A stretch of 64,000 nucleotides of DNA, from contig NC_092675.1 in NCBI RefSeq assembly GCF_964355755.1, forward strand, positions 15,472,912-15,536,911. The letters are read 5' to 3'. Below the pieces are notes generated by a model. That model did no database searches, had not been told where the DNA came from, and saw nothing but the letters and a program-made list of their open reading frames with translations. The translations under genes and the position numbers were made by a program. Positions 24,370 to 38,481 of this stretch are shown one piece after another. The DNA comes from Antedon mediterranea (lineage: Eukaryota; Animalia; Echinodermata). The stretch's first letter is position 1; each line of letters begins with the position of its first letter.

Positions 24370-25173
24370 TTCAATATTAACCACCATTTAAGCTGTTTTT
24401 TAAAAGTTTTTTTTGCGGAAGTTTGAAAGACATTTTTAATTGCAGACCAAGTTTGTTTTATATTATGTTGATGTTTAGTAAAAAGCTGAAGAAAGTAATC
24501 AGATTTTGCAGAGCGAGTTATAGTTATGAGCAAATTACGATATCATTTAAACATCATTTTATTTTTTGACGTTGGGTTTAAAAAAAGTATTATAAATATC
24601 ATTAAATAAAGACGATAAGTTATAAGCCGAATTCGGATCATTGTTGGTAATAACATGATCTCATGACGTTGAATAAAGTTATACAGTAATCTAAATGTGT
24701 TAATATTTTCAGGGCTGATTTCTAGAGGGTGGAAGTTCATGATTGTTATGTTGTTTATCGATTAAAGTGTAGACGATATTAAAAACAGGAAGGTGATCAG
24801 TAGCATCGCAGAAGAGATCTCCGCTTAGATTTTCATATCAAAATTTGTTTGTATAAATATGATCTAAGAGGGTTTCTGTTGTTTCGTTCATTCTGCTAGG
24901 TCTATGAATAAGGGGTAAAAATGAGTTGCTAAAAATAGAATTCATAACAATATTAACACGATTATCATATTGGTATTAAATCGATATTCAAATCTTCAAG
25001 CAGATTTCTTTTCATCGTTTAATTTGATTAATATATCAACCGATAACAATATTGGCTTGAGAAGAATGTTCTATTTCAATAAAGATAGAATCACAGATTC
25101 TGGCGTGCGGATATCATGTCGAATTTTAAATAAAAGATGTTCATGAACATAGATTCCAACACCGCCGCCACGC
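24370..25173 (-). mobile_element. Internally deleted LINE (endonuclease fragment plus C-terminus)
   Basis: The minus strand reads KRGGGVGIYV (cut at TTAA 25174) and TDHLPVF. Confidence 0.6.
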
Positions 25174-25177
25174 TTAA

Positions 25178-25330
25178 AGATGTATTGTCCCCCCAAAAAA
25201 CATGACAAATATAGATTTAAAAAATCAAATTTTGAATGGGCAATTTCACAGTTTTAATAAATTATTCACTTTTGTAGAAAAAAAAATCATAAAAAATAAT
25301 TATTTCAACCAAAAACCATTGTCTTACCAG
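25178..25330. mobile_element. Orphan Kolobok-type end (same family as 28038-30534)
   Basis: TTAA-AGATGTATTGTCCCCC plus subterminal AAAAAATCAAATTTTGAAT matching 28038 onward. Confidence 0.7.
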
Positions 25331-26378
25331 ACAATTTAGGTATATTTTGCTTTAAATTACATTTTTTTGGGGGAAATGCTTTTTGTTGTAAATTTGATTT
25401 TATGTATTCTCTATATATATTAGTTGCATAAAAAAAAAATTTTTTTTGTCTTGTGTGAGGTCATCTCACGTTTATTTAAATTCTCATTGGTGAATATATT
25501 TAATACATATAAGTACATTTGTGACAATTAAAAGTAAGTGTTTAAAGTAGTTAATATACAGGTATATTTACATAATAAGATGCTTGAATTCAGTATTAAC
25601 CATATTTGTTTTCATTTAAAATTTTAGATACGATGTTAATTAAAATGTAAAAATGAAAAATGGCGGTAAAATACATGATTAAAATTTTCTTGTTAAACTA
25701 TCTTATTTGTGATCTTATTTGTGTTCGAGTAGAGAGGCTATAAACTCAGGGGAGGAAAATGTAGTATCCTCCCTTTTCAATATTGATTTACTTTTTGGGA
25801 ACTGACTATAAAAAGAAATGGAAGCCTTATTGTGAAATATTTTTGCATTTTATGATTGCAATCTAAAGTAATGTATACGATTTTATGATATATTGCGTGA
25901 TTTTTGGTTATTTTATTGTTTTATTTGCACCGTTATTGCTTACTTATAACTATTGTTATTATGTAAGTGTTTTGTGATATTGTTTTTGTTTTGTTTTTTT
26001 ACATTAGGAATTTATCTTACTATAATCGATATATCCAAGCACATTTCTAATGCCATAAAATAATCTGAAATTCCACGTGTCATCACATGTATTATATGTA
26101 TTCATGATATTGATTTAATAAGTTGGTAAACAGATAGATTCAATGCTGTTAGCTGTTTCCAATAAAAGAAAACCAGTAAAGCGTTACATTATTGATTTTT
26201 TTAGTAGTAGTATTTTCAGTAGTATTTAAAAGAGAGTTAATTAAGGATTTAATTTAATATCATCTAAAATAAAAATGATAAACGTACGAGTCAGTAGAAT
26301 AAAATACAAGAGTTGATATACATGACGAGCAAGTGGCAAAAGGGTGGTAATTATGATGAAACAAGAAAAATTACTAAC

Positions 26379-26808
26379 CTACAAAGTCAAATAGGTTTGG
26401 TTTTGGGTCGTCGGGTTTAAAATCTTCGATAACTTGCTGGATCCTGTAAATTGTGTTTGTATCTGCGATGCTGACGTCTTTCTTGTTTTGCAAAACTGAT
26501 TGTTTAGTTTCAGTTTTCTGTCTCATTTTTGCATAAGAAACATTTTCTGGGAATCTTTCATGTTCATGAGGTTTCTCATCTTTTAATTTACTTTCGTATT
26601 TAACTTCTTTTACCAAATCTCGATAATTATAATTCAGCTGGTTTGCATTTACAATATAGGCATCCTTTTTTAGGCCAACTTCCGCAGATTCTGATAGAAA
26701 CCGCGCATGACTAATGTATAAAAACATTATATATCCAAAAACACAAAGTGCAATGATTATTTTTAAACGTCGTTTTCCGTATCGTATCCTTGTCATTTTC
26801 TCGTTCAT
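26379..26808 (-). CDS. GALNT: GALNT coding exon 1 (cytoplasmic tail, signal-anchor TM, stem)
   Basis: MNEKMTRIRYGKRRLK-IIIALCVFGYIMFLYI gives a type II membrane topology. Donor G|GTTAGT; phase 1 joins exon 2 in frame. Confidence 0.8.
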
Positions 26809-28037
26809 TGAAATGATTCTTTAACAGATTCCCTATCATGAGTTTAACCAACACCCGGATACCAGCTTGGTTGTTTAATTCTAGTGGGATGATATGTATT
26901 TATGTTGGCTGATAGCAGCTGTTCATAAAATAACTTCATTTAATCAATAAAAGTACAATGGTACATATTTCGACGATATCAATATTAACATCTATTTGTC
27001 AGAACTTGAATTATACGGTATATTAACTATTATGATAAACCATCAATTTCAATTGTGCATACAAACATACACGTTTATACTAGTGGTTTAAGGGATCTTT
27101 ATACCCACCTGGACGTTACATTAAATCCAAATTTCTTTAAAAGCAAAACATCTAAACTAATTGTAATTATTATAATTCTAGATGTAATATTTATTTGTAC
27201 GAAGTTTGGTGGGGGAATGCCAAATAAATTTTGTAAAAACAAAGATCTTAAATTATTATTATTATTATTAGGAAGTGTAGACGTTGATTCTTGGAATGAT
27301 AATGACTCGGGTAAAACGGTTTTAGAAGGACATTGTCCGTGTACGTTTTCGGTCGGTTACCATTATTGAAATGCTTGAAATTCGTAAAACTAAACCTACT
27401 CTGTTACTGTTTCACAGTGTCTTAGATGAATAATAACATTTTAAAGTATAGTGTTTATTATTTGGGAGAGCCCTTATAAGGCGGAGATGGGGAGGAGGAG
27501 TTCATTTGTTGGAGGTGCTTATTCAAGGGATATGTTTAATTTTTTAGTGTGAATAATATGGTAACATTTATAATCAAATAAAATCCTCTAATAGATATGA
27601 AAAGTAGTAAAAAAGAATAACAAATGATTGGTAAATTGTAGATAACAGTGCGATGAATTCTACTACAAATAGTATAATTGTGTTATTATTAACATAATAC
27701 AATATTGTGTGTATAAATGTGGATGAGCGTTTATTAGATAGTTGGGTTGGGTAAAATAAAAAGAAAATAACAGTCAAAACAAAAACAAGTAAATAAATAT
27801 TAAACCTAGAATAATTTGTATGAGGATCAAGAAAAATAGGTCTAGCCTACTAACAAACCAACATTCTGTGTAGGCCTAAACCTGTCTGTATTGAAGCATA
27901 TGCATCCTAGGCTGGTTACTGGGCAGACCTACAGGGGGCCTAGCATCTCTAACTAACCTAGACTGGGGCCATCTACAAGTAGGCATAATACTCGCACATA
28001 CAGAATCGTCAGCACAACCAAGGTACTGAATAGTTAA

Positions 28038-30534
28038 AGATGTATTGTCCCCCAAAAAATGAAAAATAAAGATGAAAAAAATCAAATTTTGAATAGACCG
28101 TTTTGTAGTTAACATAAAGTTATTCACTTCCACCGAAAAAAAATCCGAAAAAAATATTGATTTCGCTTATAAAAAAATCAAAATAAGTTTACCATTTTTT
28201 CGAACTCATCGGCTCAGAAATTAGGCCGGTAGAGCTAACTCATACATATGCATGATATGTTAATGAGCATCCACACAGCAGAGATCTGATCTAACAATGG
28301 ACGATGCACGTTGTATGTACAACCACCACCAGAGATCGACGCGATTCGACTGTGGGTTTCCCTGGCCTGATCGTATAAATATGTAAAGCTGAGCTGTTAA
28401 TTTGTCGGTAAGTAGGCCTAGACGGTTATTTTAAAAATAATAATATATATAACGCAATAATAACATGAAGGTAAATTAATTAACTTAACCTGGGATTTTT
28501 TCAGTTCAGGGCTAGGCCTAGAATAATTAATACATGCTGCTGCATATTACTAGAGTAGGCTAGTAGCAAGCAGACTGTGACAATCGGGTCCCTGCAGAAG
28601 ATGCCCAGCTAGGCCCTATCTATACATTGTACTCTTCATAGACTGGCCTAGGCTATATGCCATCAATCTTAGCTACATTCCGAAAATACAGCCAGCTTGC
28701 TGTACCATATATATTTACAGTTGAAGCTTGTTTAACTAATTTTTATGATAAAAATAAAACAAACATTTTTCAGGGAAAATGGTTGCAATACAATACAAGC
28801 CTGAAATTGAGAACCTTCCAGCAGCACTGTACAAGTAGACAGAGGGGAAAAGTCAACTTAGCCATTTTACAACACAAACAAATGTTCTCTGTACTGTAGT
28901 AAGTCAAATATTTATTTTCTCTTTTTATAAGTTATAACATTATAAGTAATGTGTTTTAATTACCATAGAAAGGTAGTATACTTATTTGACTATGTCAAAG
29001 TAAGCAATTTCACTAGCCCAATTTCGCACTAAATATGCATGATCTATTTTTTCCAGATTTTCATACTTTGCTTTTACTTTTTTTAAAGACGTTGAGCTGA
29101 TGAAGACTGGAACAGAGGTCACCCAAAGACAACAATGATAGACTCGGTATTGAAATATGATTGGATATTGCAGGAAAAATATTTCTGACTCTCCTGCTGC
29201 ATTCGGCCAATATGTTCTTGTCCAGCTTGTAAAATATTGTATCATTTTTTTTGTATTATATGTACAGTATATTATTTTGTAAACATAACATTCAATAAAT
29301 AAAAAAAAAACTACTACAACAGTACACAGGATAAATTCTTCAAATTTACTTACACTTCATAATTTTACTGTAAATATTACAGTGCAAAAGGAGTTAATAA
29401 AATATATATATACAGTATATCTGATTGAATTCCTGTATTGTTTTTTGTGTCAATTTGTCTACTAATTATTAATGTGTTGATTGTGGCAGTAATTACGACA
29501 GCTATAGTCTTCTAAGATCGCTCACATCCATTACAAAGTGTCATTTTAATAGTAAGAAACGTTTCAATAAATTGTGAATGTTGCCACTGTACGATACATT
29601 TTATGTTTCTCACTACTTGCTCTTATTGTTCAATCAATCAACCTAAAAAAAAAAAGAAATTTGTGTCAAAATATCTGCATAAAATGTTTATTTGCGGAAT
29701 GTTAATTTGAACCTATTGCATTTGATACAGAAAATATTTTAAAAATATTGCATCAGTAAAACATCCAAAACAATATTTAGATTTTTTTTTTTTTTAATTT
29801 TCACTGCCGAATAGATAGTTGAAATCTTTAAAAATTAAACCAATTCATCATGATTAAAACAAAAATACATCCCTTCTGGTGGTGTTCTACTGTAGCCCTA
29901 CTAGCTAGCAGTGTACTGCCTAGGCCTACTACACTCTCTACTTCTAGAGACAGAAGTAGGCAGCAGTTCGGCTACTCGAGACTGTCAGTGCTAGTAGTAG
30001 TAGTAGTTACTAGTAGGCCTAGTAGTAGACTAAGAAGACTAGTAGTACAGTAGCAGCAAATTCGGGCCTAGGCCTAGCTAGGCCTCTCCTGTTAGCGAAA
30101 CAAAAACTCACCTAAATGAATAAGATTCAACATCAAAGTTGCCAACTGTAATTCTAACTTAGCATTCTGCTAGCTATAGTTTTCGTGTTTTCTTCAAGAT
30201 TCGTCTCGCATCACTACTCGATCTCTCACGCATGCATTGCTATCGTTGTTTGTTGATTTGGAAAGCATCATCCATCCACACGATGTATCCATACAATATG
30301 AATATTTATGAGCTAACTCAGGTCAAGGGTTAAATTAAACCGGAACACATTTGTCTTCCAGACAAATAGCTTCCGGTTGGTTAATTTTTGCATTAAATTG
30401 CGATTTTCCCGTGTAAAAAATTATTTTTTTCAATCCAAATTGAGGTCAAAGTGAATAACTTTTATGTGCAATTAAAATGGCCTATTCAACAAAAATATTG
30501 AAACAAATTTTTTTTTCAGGGGGACAATACATCT
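28038..30534. mobile_element. Non-autonomous Kolobok-type DNA transposon
   Basis: Perfect 16-bp TIRs AGATGTATTGTCCCCC / GGGGGACAATACATCT with TTAA on both sides. Confidence 0.85.
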
Positions 30535-30538
30535 TTAA

Positions 30539-30727
30539 GGGAACTTTTAAGGGACCTCTGAGGTCCCTTAAAGGTAAGGGGAAAATAGACCAAGTTAAGG
30601 GTTTCCCTTAACCTTAACCCCTTTGTGAATACCACCTAAGTGAAACCCTTAATATTTTCTTGATTTAAGGGAAATTCTTAGGATTTAAGGGAAATATCTC
30701 ACTTAAGTGGGATTGGTGAATACGGCC
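30539..30727. mobile_element. Partial Harbinger-like MITE end
   Basis: Repeated TTAAGGG units ending TTGGTGAATACGGCC. No partner end was found. Confidence 0.35.
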
Positions 30728-30732
30728 GGCCA

Positions 30733-31318
30733 AAGGAATCGATGTGGTCTACGCACGATTTAACGAAATCACGTTTGTAATCATATCTTCACAAGCATGA
30801 ATCACAAGTAGGCCTAAATAAAATTTGGTACTCATAAATTTCAGGTCATATTTCATCATATGGCAATACAATTACGTGCGTAACGCATATAACGCATGCG
30901 TACGCGCGCTTAAAATTGTCACAATTTATTTTCGAAGAAATTAGAGTACGTTTCAAGCAATTTTAGCGTTTAAAAAATTGCCATGTAATGAGTGCGCAGT
31001 TTTTTTTCCACGCGCACTGCGCGTTAAACCTTACTATATACACTCTTTTTCCCCGATTTCTTTAATAATATTATTAATAATCTCCATGTAGGGCTTTCTC
31101 TTTTCAGCCCTTGGTTTTCTGCTCTTCCCACCTCTTCTGATAATCTATAATTTTGTTTTATATCTAACACCTTCTCCTTTAAAAAAAATTGCAGCATCCA
31201 CTTTAGTATTTTTACTCTACTGCAGAGCTCACTATGTCGGTCGGTTGGTCGGTCAGTTGGTTGGTCGGTCGGTAAACACTAACTCAAATTTGAGCACGCG
31301 ACTGTATATGGCCTTGTT
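30733..31318 (+). mobile_element. 5'-truncated HINE (shared core plus family-2 3' end)
   Basis: 30733-31060 aligns with 16545-16910. It ends with (GTCG/GTTG)n and GCACGCGACT..GGCCTTGTT. Confidence 0.75.
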
Positions 31319-32089
31319 ACGTTCCAATTTGGTAAATGAGTGGTCATGTGATAGGTGATGGCTGAGTTATGAACAATTAATGAGGCTGAACGTGTTAGAA
31401 TACATGTGCAATGTGAAGTAACATCTGCTTTGTGTTCTTTTATCCTTGTGGATAAGGTTCTCGGTGTTTTTCCTATATAAACTTTTTTACCGTAGTTGCA
31501 ATTTACTTGGTATATTAAACCAGATATGTCATCATTTTCACGCTGCTGCTCTAACCTGCTACGTCACACGAGATGACTCATTTATTAGATGAAATCATGC
31601 AGCAGTTATATTACTACACTTTGACATTTTTGCTAAAATTGAAACTCGACTATAATTTATAGGTACCAGCTGCATTTCTGGTATTTATGAGTCCCATGAC
31701 AATACTGTATTTCGCTGTCAGATAATCATTGAATTATTATCAAGACAGTCCATGAAAGTTTTTGTTTGTAATATGACACTTCACACTTGAAGTATCTAAG
31801 GCTTGATGAAGTGATCCCCAGACTTGACCTTAGCAATAAAATAAACTAAATTGAGTCTGTTTCATACCAAAGCTATTCACTTCTGTAACAAAATTCACAT
31901 TATAAAACGAGAAAAGAAACGTTTAATTATAACTCAAAAACCACATTGTCTGACAGACAATTGAAGTATTTTTTGCTTTTAATTACATTTTTTCAGGTAA
32001 AATAACTATTATGTGACAATAAAATGACACATTAAAAAACAAATTTGAAATAAAAAATATTTTTCAGAGGGACAATATATTTTTAAACT

Positions 32090-33250
32090 GTCAATAAGCG
32101 AGCAGCGTTTTTTGTAAGAAATATTTCTTGTTTATTTTGTCTTTAGGGTGAACTAAAATATTTCTTAATTTGTTTTGTGGTGTAAGTGTTGACATTGTAA
32201 CTAGATAAGCAGCGTCTAATTCTTTCTGATATTCTTGGTATGTATGGTATACCTATGTTCCGTTTGTTTTTGTTGTTTCTTTCGTTTTTTGTTTGACATT
32301 TTGTTTTCCTTTCTCCGATATTTTTTGGATTATCTTGTCCATGGACCAATTGGGGTACTCGAACCCAACGAACGCGTGTTTAATATTTTATTTATTTATT
32401 TATTTATTTGGAATTACACCTTTAGATCGGTGGCACACTTAGCACAAAGGTGCATCCTTCACAATATAAAATATAACAATTAACAGAAAAGTAAAAAAAG
32501 GCAAAAGCAACTACCAACCCCTATCCTACCCCCCCCCCCCCCCAATTTACATCGATACATACAGTAGATCATTACTTTACACAATGAATACAAAACAAGA
32601 TATAGTAAAAGTGTATAAAATAAAATATAATCTTTTTCGTTTATGTTAGTTTCTCTTCTTTTTTAGTGACAACTTTTTCACATCTGTCAACCAGATTGTT
32701 AACCAAACTTAACTTGTGTTCCAATGGATGGCAGGAGTGATAATTTAAGTATAGATTTGTGTGGGTTTTTCTGTAAACTGTCGTCGTTATATCTCCATTG
32801 TTCAATGTAATTATGATGTCTAAGAAGGGTATTGTATTGTTGGACATATGCTCAGTTGTAAATTTTATGTTACCTGTTTTATCAATTCTGTTTAAGTGTG
32901 AGTTAAGATTTTCCGCTGAATTATCAGGAATGAGAGCTAATATGTCGTCAACATACCTTTTCCGATATGTTAGTTTCATTCCGTCTGGTGCTGTTTTTTT
33001 CAGTGCTTATTTTTTTGTAATGAACATGTTTATGCGTTTTCAGTGTTTTATCTTGTGTAAGTCTCCTTTCTACTATTTCTATTGCTTCTTTATTAGGGAT
33101 TTTAGTAAAAAGAGACACTACGTCAAACGAGACAAAATGTGTGATTCGCAGGAATGTCAAGAGTGATCAGTTCCTCGACTAGCTGTTTTGAATTATCGAC
33201 GTGATTGCAACAGAGAGAGGATATCAGCTAATTTTTACCCAAGCTATAGT
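32090..33250 (-). mobile_element. Penelope-like RT fragment, decayed
   Basis: FVSFDVVSLFTKIP, RYVDDIL, IKFTTE, IPFLD, VYRK THT..YLNYHSCHP and IGIPYIPRISE. A short insertion interrupts it at ~32385-32640. Confidence 0.88.
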
Positions 33251-34748
33251 AGATGGTGTTTATGCAATCCTCAGTTCATTTCTGATCCTCCCATTTGGGT
33301 AAACCAGCGAAAGCTAGAGTAAAAACGTAAGTTTACGGTTTTATTCCCTTTGGATCATCCAAAAGAATCAAAATTAATTGAATACTATACAGAGATTAGA
33401 TAAACCTTTTTACTACTGTCCAATAATAATTATCATTGTAGGACTACTCTCCACCAAAAAAACTTTATATTAGAATGTATTTAATACGTCACGTCTTAAA
33501 AAAGGAGAATTGGGTAATATGTCTCGGGAATCTTATATCTCACTCCAACAGCTCACTCTATTTATTTAGTGGAATGTGAATGGAAAAACGGGAAATACTT
33601 TAACTTTAGAATACTCTGAATTCTGGAAGACGACTTCGAACTTAAAGAATCGCCATGGATGATGTTTAATGGCTCATAAACTTCACACATGTGGATGTGG
33701 AGGCCAGACGGATTCAGAGAAGGTCAAACCGGCTCCTCCTCCCCATTGGCAGTGGGGGAAGCGGTGGATGGCGGCGGGTGAAGGGGGAAAATGAATGAAT
33801 GTTAATAAGATACAGACGAATCCCAAAACCAGCCTATTTGCTACGCTCTTTTTTGGAAAGTGAAAGTACTAGAGGTAGTATCTTTCGTATACGCGAAATG
33901 GATTATCCTTAAATGGATTGAGGGCGTGAACAGCGGTTGGTTTTTTTAAATGTTCTTATACTGCTGATCTAAAAACATCGGAAAATCTCAGTTTTTAATC
34001 AACGGTTTTTTAATATAAATAGTACTGAAAAAAAACCCCCCAAAAAACTGCTGAACTTAAGTAAACGTACATCGAAGTTGAAATCTGTGTTGGAACTTGG
34101 TTTTTCAAATTGATCATCAGGTAGGCTCCTGTCACTGTATTGTAACGCTAAGCCGTTACGTTGGTCCCCCACGAAAACCGATCATATAGTGGGTTACTCC
34201 AATCGATTGATTGATCATTCTATTACTGTCCGATGTCGCCTACTTTAATATAATTTGATATTAAACTTTTTATAAAGAATCAACTTATAAACGATCTTGA
34301 AGATCTCAACCTCAGTTACAAGAAATATCAAAGTATTATATCTCTGTAGCTGCTTTTTATTACATTTAAACCGATTTTACCGAGACAATTGACACGTATT
34401 TTAGCGCCTTTTGTCAGATCAAAGGAATCGCCGCCCAGTGCAAGCTATTACGTAACACTGAAAGAACTGTCAAGATCTTTTGTTTTCTTTTGTTTTGGGC
34501 TTCACGCTTGATCGGTTAGCAATACAAAACAACTGCTTTATTGATACGATTATCATCGATGGCTGATAAGAAACAGAAAAAGAAAGACAAACCACGTAGC
34601 TGTAGAAATCACACCTGGTATCTATAATACAAGGGCTGAATGCCGAACTAAAACTAATGGTATACATGGGGCAAAAGAAATGGTGAGGATTGACATACCT
34701 GGTTCTGTCCCAACAGAACCACAAACTGCTCGTTCTCCGCCAACCTGA

Positions 34749-36035
34749 TTGAGAATCTGTGATGAATTCCCTCCAATAAATGAGCAACATCTTGGAACAT
34801 TAGATAAAGAGTCAAACGATATTATTGCCAACTATATGCAAGAAAACTGTGAGCTTAAGCTACAAATTGTAAGAACAGAAAATGAAAATCTCCGAACAGA
34901 AAACAAATCACTAAAATCTGAAGTTGAGTCTCTAAAACAAAGGCATCTAAAAATACACTGTCCCAAAAAAACTGACGACATTTCTAAAATCAGAGCTGAG
35001 ATCGACAAATCTAATGAAAGATTGAAAAAATTGGAGAAGGAAAACAAAAATCTGAAACTAGACTTTGAGTCTTGGAAATTATGGGAAAAACGGACAATGA
35101 ATAAAAAAGAACAAATACAGACATTACGTTAACAAGTTACCGAAACGGAGCGTAGCTTATCCATAGCTAAAGACGAAATATATGAACTGAAAAGAACGCA
35201 AATTGCCATCGACACCTCAGATTTTGAACCACAACGTAAGACGAGAAAACAAATAATGGAAAGTCACACAAGTTCTACGACAATGCAAACAAGGAAAGTT
35301 TCTTCTACCACCAACGATTCTATAACGCAAACTGAACAATTGATTGATAATCTATTTGAGGAGCTTACCAACAGGCAGCCATCTTCTACTCCTTCAAAAC
35401 TGACCAAATCAAAATCATCTGCGTCTGCTGCATACCAGGATCAACTAAGCAAATATAGAAACAAACACAAACAGATACACTCTGATACAGCTTCTGACAG
35501 AAAAATCTTGATTATTTGTGATTCGATGATAAAACAATTTAAACCAAAACGACTTAGCAGGTCAACAAATCTGAACGTTATCTGTAAAACAATGAGAGGC
35601 GCGAAAATTGATGACATTGCACACAAGGTAGAAGTACTGTCCACTGAACATTTCGTGGACAGAATTATTCTACACGCGGGAACAAACAACTCCACAGATC
35701 ACCCAGCCACTATTGCAGTAAAAATATCATCTCTCGGAGAATCTTTACAACCGAAAAGAGTAACGATCTCCTCGATAATTCATCGAAAACATGAATTTGT
35801 TACAGAATCTAAGCGTATAAACGATGCCAATGACAAGATAAGATCAGTTGCTAGAAAGAAAGATTGGGGTTTTATTGACAATAGTTGTATCATGTCAAAG
35901 CACCTGTCTTCGGATGGAATTCACCTAAACCAAATTGGAGTTGGGGCATTTGCCAAAAATGTTATAAATCACATGAATGGTAATTCGTACGACGAATCTC
36001 TGCCTGTACCTGTGCCTGACATATACAAGCCATAG
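34749..36035 (+). pseudogene. L2 ORF1 (coiled coil + SGNH esterase domain), with an internal stop
   Basis: Heptad-rich 34749-35132, then ILIICDSMIK...ILHAGTNN...DGIHLN..G. Confidence 0.8.
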
Positions 36036-36238
36036 TCGTCAATTTTTCAACGTGCAAATCTATATCGCCGACAAACGGAAGCAAATCGTTCATTAGAGAG
36101 CATCATCAATTTCAACCAATAAAACCCCACAAAGACCAAATTTATCGAGAATGGAGATACTACCTCGACACAGTACGCCGACTGCAAAAGGACACTTTTT
36201 CTAAATTAAAATTAGAGCAAGTATCTGCAAATGTTGAG

Positions 36239-37918
36239 ATGAGCATTCAATCCAGAAAAAAGCATAGGTCCAGAGTAAAAGCACTATCACATCTTAATTA
36301 TGGCGTTCTAAATGCACGTTCACTGCGTAATAAGTGTGATGAATTTGTGGATCTAGTTTGTAGCTATAATCTAGATGTAGTGGCGGTGTCTGAAACCTGG
36401 TTATGGCCAGATGATGATCTTGTGATTGGAGATATAACTCCACTAGGATATCGTTTTGTGCATGTCTCCAGGGTGGAAAAAACAGGGGGTGGTGTTGGAA
36501 TTCTGTCTAAGTCTAGCTTAGTTGTAAACATGAAAACTGATGTACATACATATGCATCATTTGAGGCTATACATGTGCAGATTACGTCTAACTCGAAATC
36601 TCTTCGTTTAGTTAACATATATCGACCACCAACCTTGTCTGTTACAGAATTCCTCAATGATTTTGAAAAAATGTTGTTTGACTATATTCTCTTTTCGTCT
36701 GAAATTGTCTTTTGTGGAGATTTTAATATCCGTATGGATAATACTAAAAATGTGGCAGCAAATAGATTTAAAACAATGCTTAGATCGTTTGGTCTCCAGC
36801 AGCATATAAATGAACCCACACACTGTAGTGGGCACTGCCTTGACCTTATAATCACTAGAGATGATCTACTGCTCCCGGATGTTAAGATACACCCTGGCAT
36901 GTCAGATCATTTTGCCATATTTTGCAAGTTTGATCTTAAACGGCCCACAACCCGTAAAACTGTAAGAAAAAGTCGCAACCTAAAACAAATTGATATTGAA
37001 AAATTCAAAAATGACATTCAAGCTTGTGTCTAATATAACCGATGTAAGTGTGATTCTTGAAGATAGTGTAGAAAACTATTCTCATCTCAGAGCTGTACTT
37101 GATTTACATGCACCAGTTCAGAAAAAAACAATTAGGCAAAAGGAAGCTAAACCGTGGTATACAGATGAAATTCGATCTGAAAGGAAATTACGTCGTCAAC
37201 TTGAACGTAAGTGGATGAAATCAAAGCTTCTTAAGGATAGACAATACTGTGACCAAAGATGTATTGTAAATGGACTGTGAAAAGGCCAAGACGCGGTATT
37301 ACTCTAGTCTGGTTAGTGACTGCACAGGTGATCAAAAGAAACTTTTCGATTTAGTAAATAAACTGTTACATCGTTCCAAGTCATCAGTCCTTCCTTCGTC
37401 TGTCTCAGATGAAGCTCTTGCTGAAAGATTTTCTGTATTTTTTATAAATAAAATTAAATCAATTCGTGATTCACTTGAAAATGAAAATACTGCAGAAGTT
37501 ACAACTGCTTCTGATAAATGTATTAATATAAATAAATCTTATGATTTAACTAGGTCCATACAGTTTTCTCAGTTCGAACCTGCAAGTGAGGAGGAAATTT
37601 TAAATTTTAATAAATAAATTCTCCCTCAAAATCGTGTGCACTTGACCCGGTACCAACTTCACTGATAAAGAAATGTACTTCTGCATTTATTCCATTAATC
37701 ACACATATTGTAAATAAGTCTCTTGAAAGTGGTTCTTTCCCAGAGTTTCTTAAAGTCACTCATGTTCGACCCACATTGAAAAAAATAGGTCTAGATCCCG
37801 AGATTCTGAAAAACTACAGACCTATCTCGAATCTTAGTTTTTTAGGAAAAATAATTGAGAAGGTTGTTTCTAAACGGATATTGTTGATGGAAAGCTAACT
37901 GCTCTAGTATTATTAGAC
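36239..37918 (+). pseudogene. L2 ORF2, APE endonuclease and pre-RT region (frameshifted)
   Basis: LNARSLRNK, VSETWL, GGGVG, IYRPP, GDFN, LDLII, SDH and PWYT. Confidence 0.9.
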
Positions 37919-38172
37919 TTAAAGATCATGGAACATGGTATTTGATGTTTATGTAAAATAGTAGTATTATAGTTGTTCTCCTTGATGGATATTAAACAGA
38001 CAATAAATTAAAAGTTTTCATGACATAATTAAAGTGTTTTCTGCTATTTCGCGCAACTGCTCTCAGTTCACGACTATTCGGGTTTTTTCGGCATTTTCCG
38101 GTAACCTCTGATAGTGACGTCATAAGATGAAGAAACTTTTTCGCCCGCCTGAGCTGTACTGTACAAACTAGG

Positions 38173-38481
38173 ATGTCAACACGTATTGCGTATGATTTTG
38201 ACAGTTCTTCGTCAGAGGAATTAGAAGAGGAAACATTGATAGTGGAATGCGAAACTGAGGAGAATGAAGGAGAAACTATTTTGTTTAACAATCGAAATAT
38301 TGAATGGAATGTCGATGAAATTAATTCGGCCGTACATGTACGAGCCCGATTGTAGTTCTGACGATTCTTCATCATCAGAAGATGGCGACCGTCACCTAGC
38401 TAGTAGGCCTAGGCCCTAGGCCCTAGGCCTACCTACAATTCAAGCAGAGAATATTCAACTTCAAACCCAGTTATTAAATTG
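38173..38481 (+). pseudogene. Decayed first exon of a transposon-borne acidic-N-terminus gene (KolX-like?), copy A
   Basis: MSTRIAYDFDSSSSEELEEET..., then IRPYMYEPD + acidic tract in another frame, ending AAT TG|GTTAGT. Confidence 0.5.

Noticed and set aside
28982-29245. WTRTYWPNAAG as a THAP or KolX exon remnant within the Kolobok
   Set aside because: It is too short and degenerate to assign by eye.
33690-33790. GC-rich patch as a ribozyme or ncRNA
   Set aside because: Only one short hairpin is present, and I could not establish an HDV or hammerhead topology.
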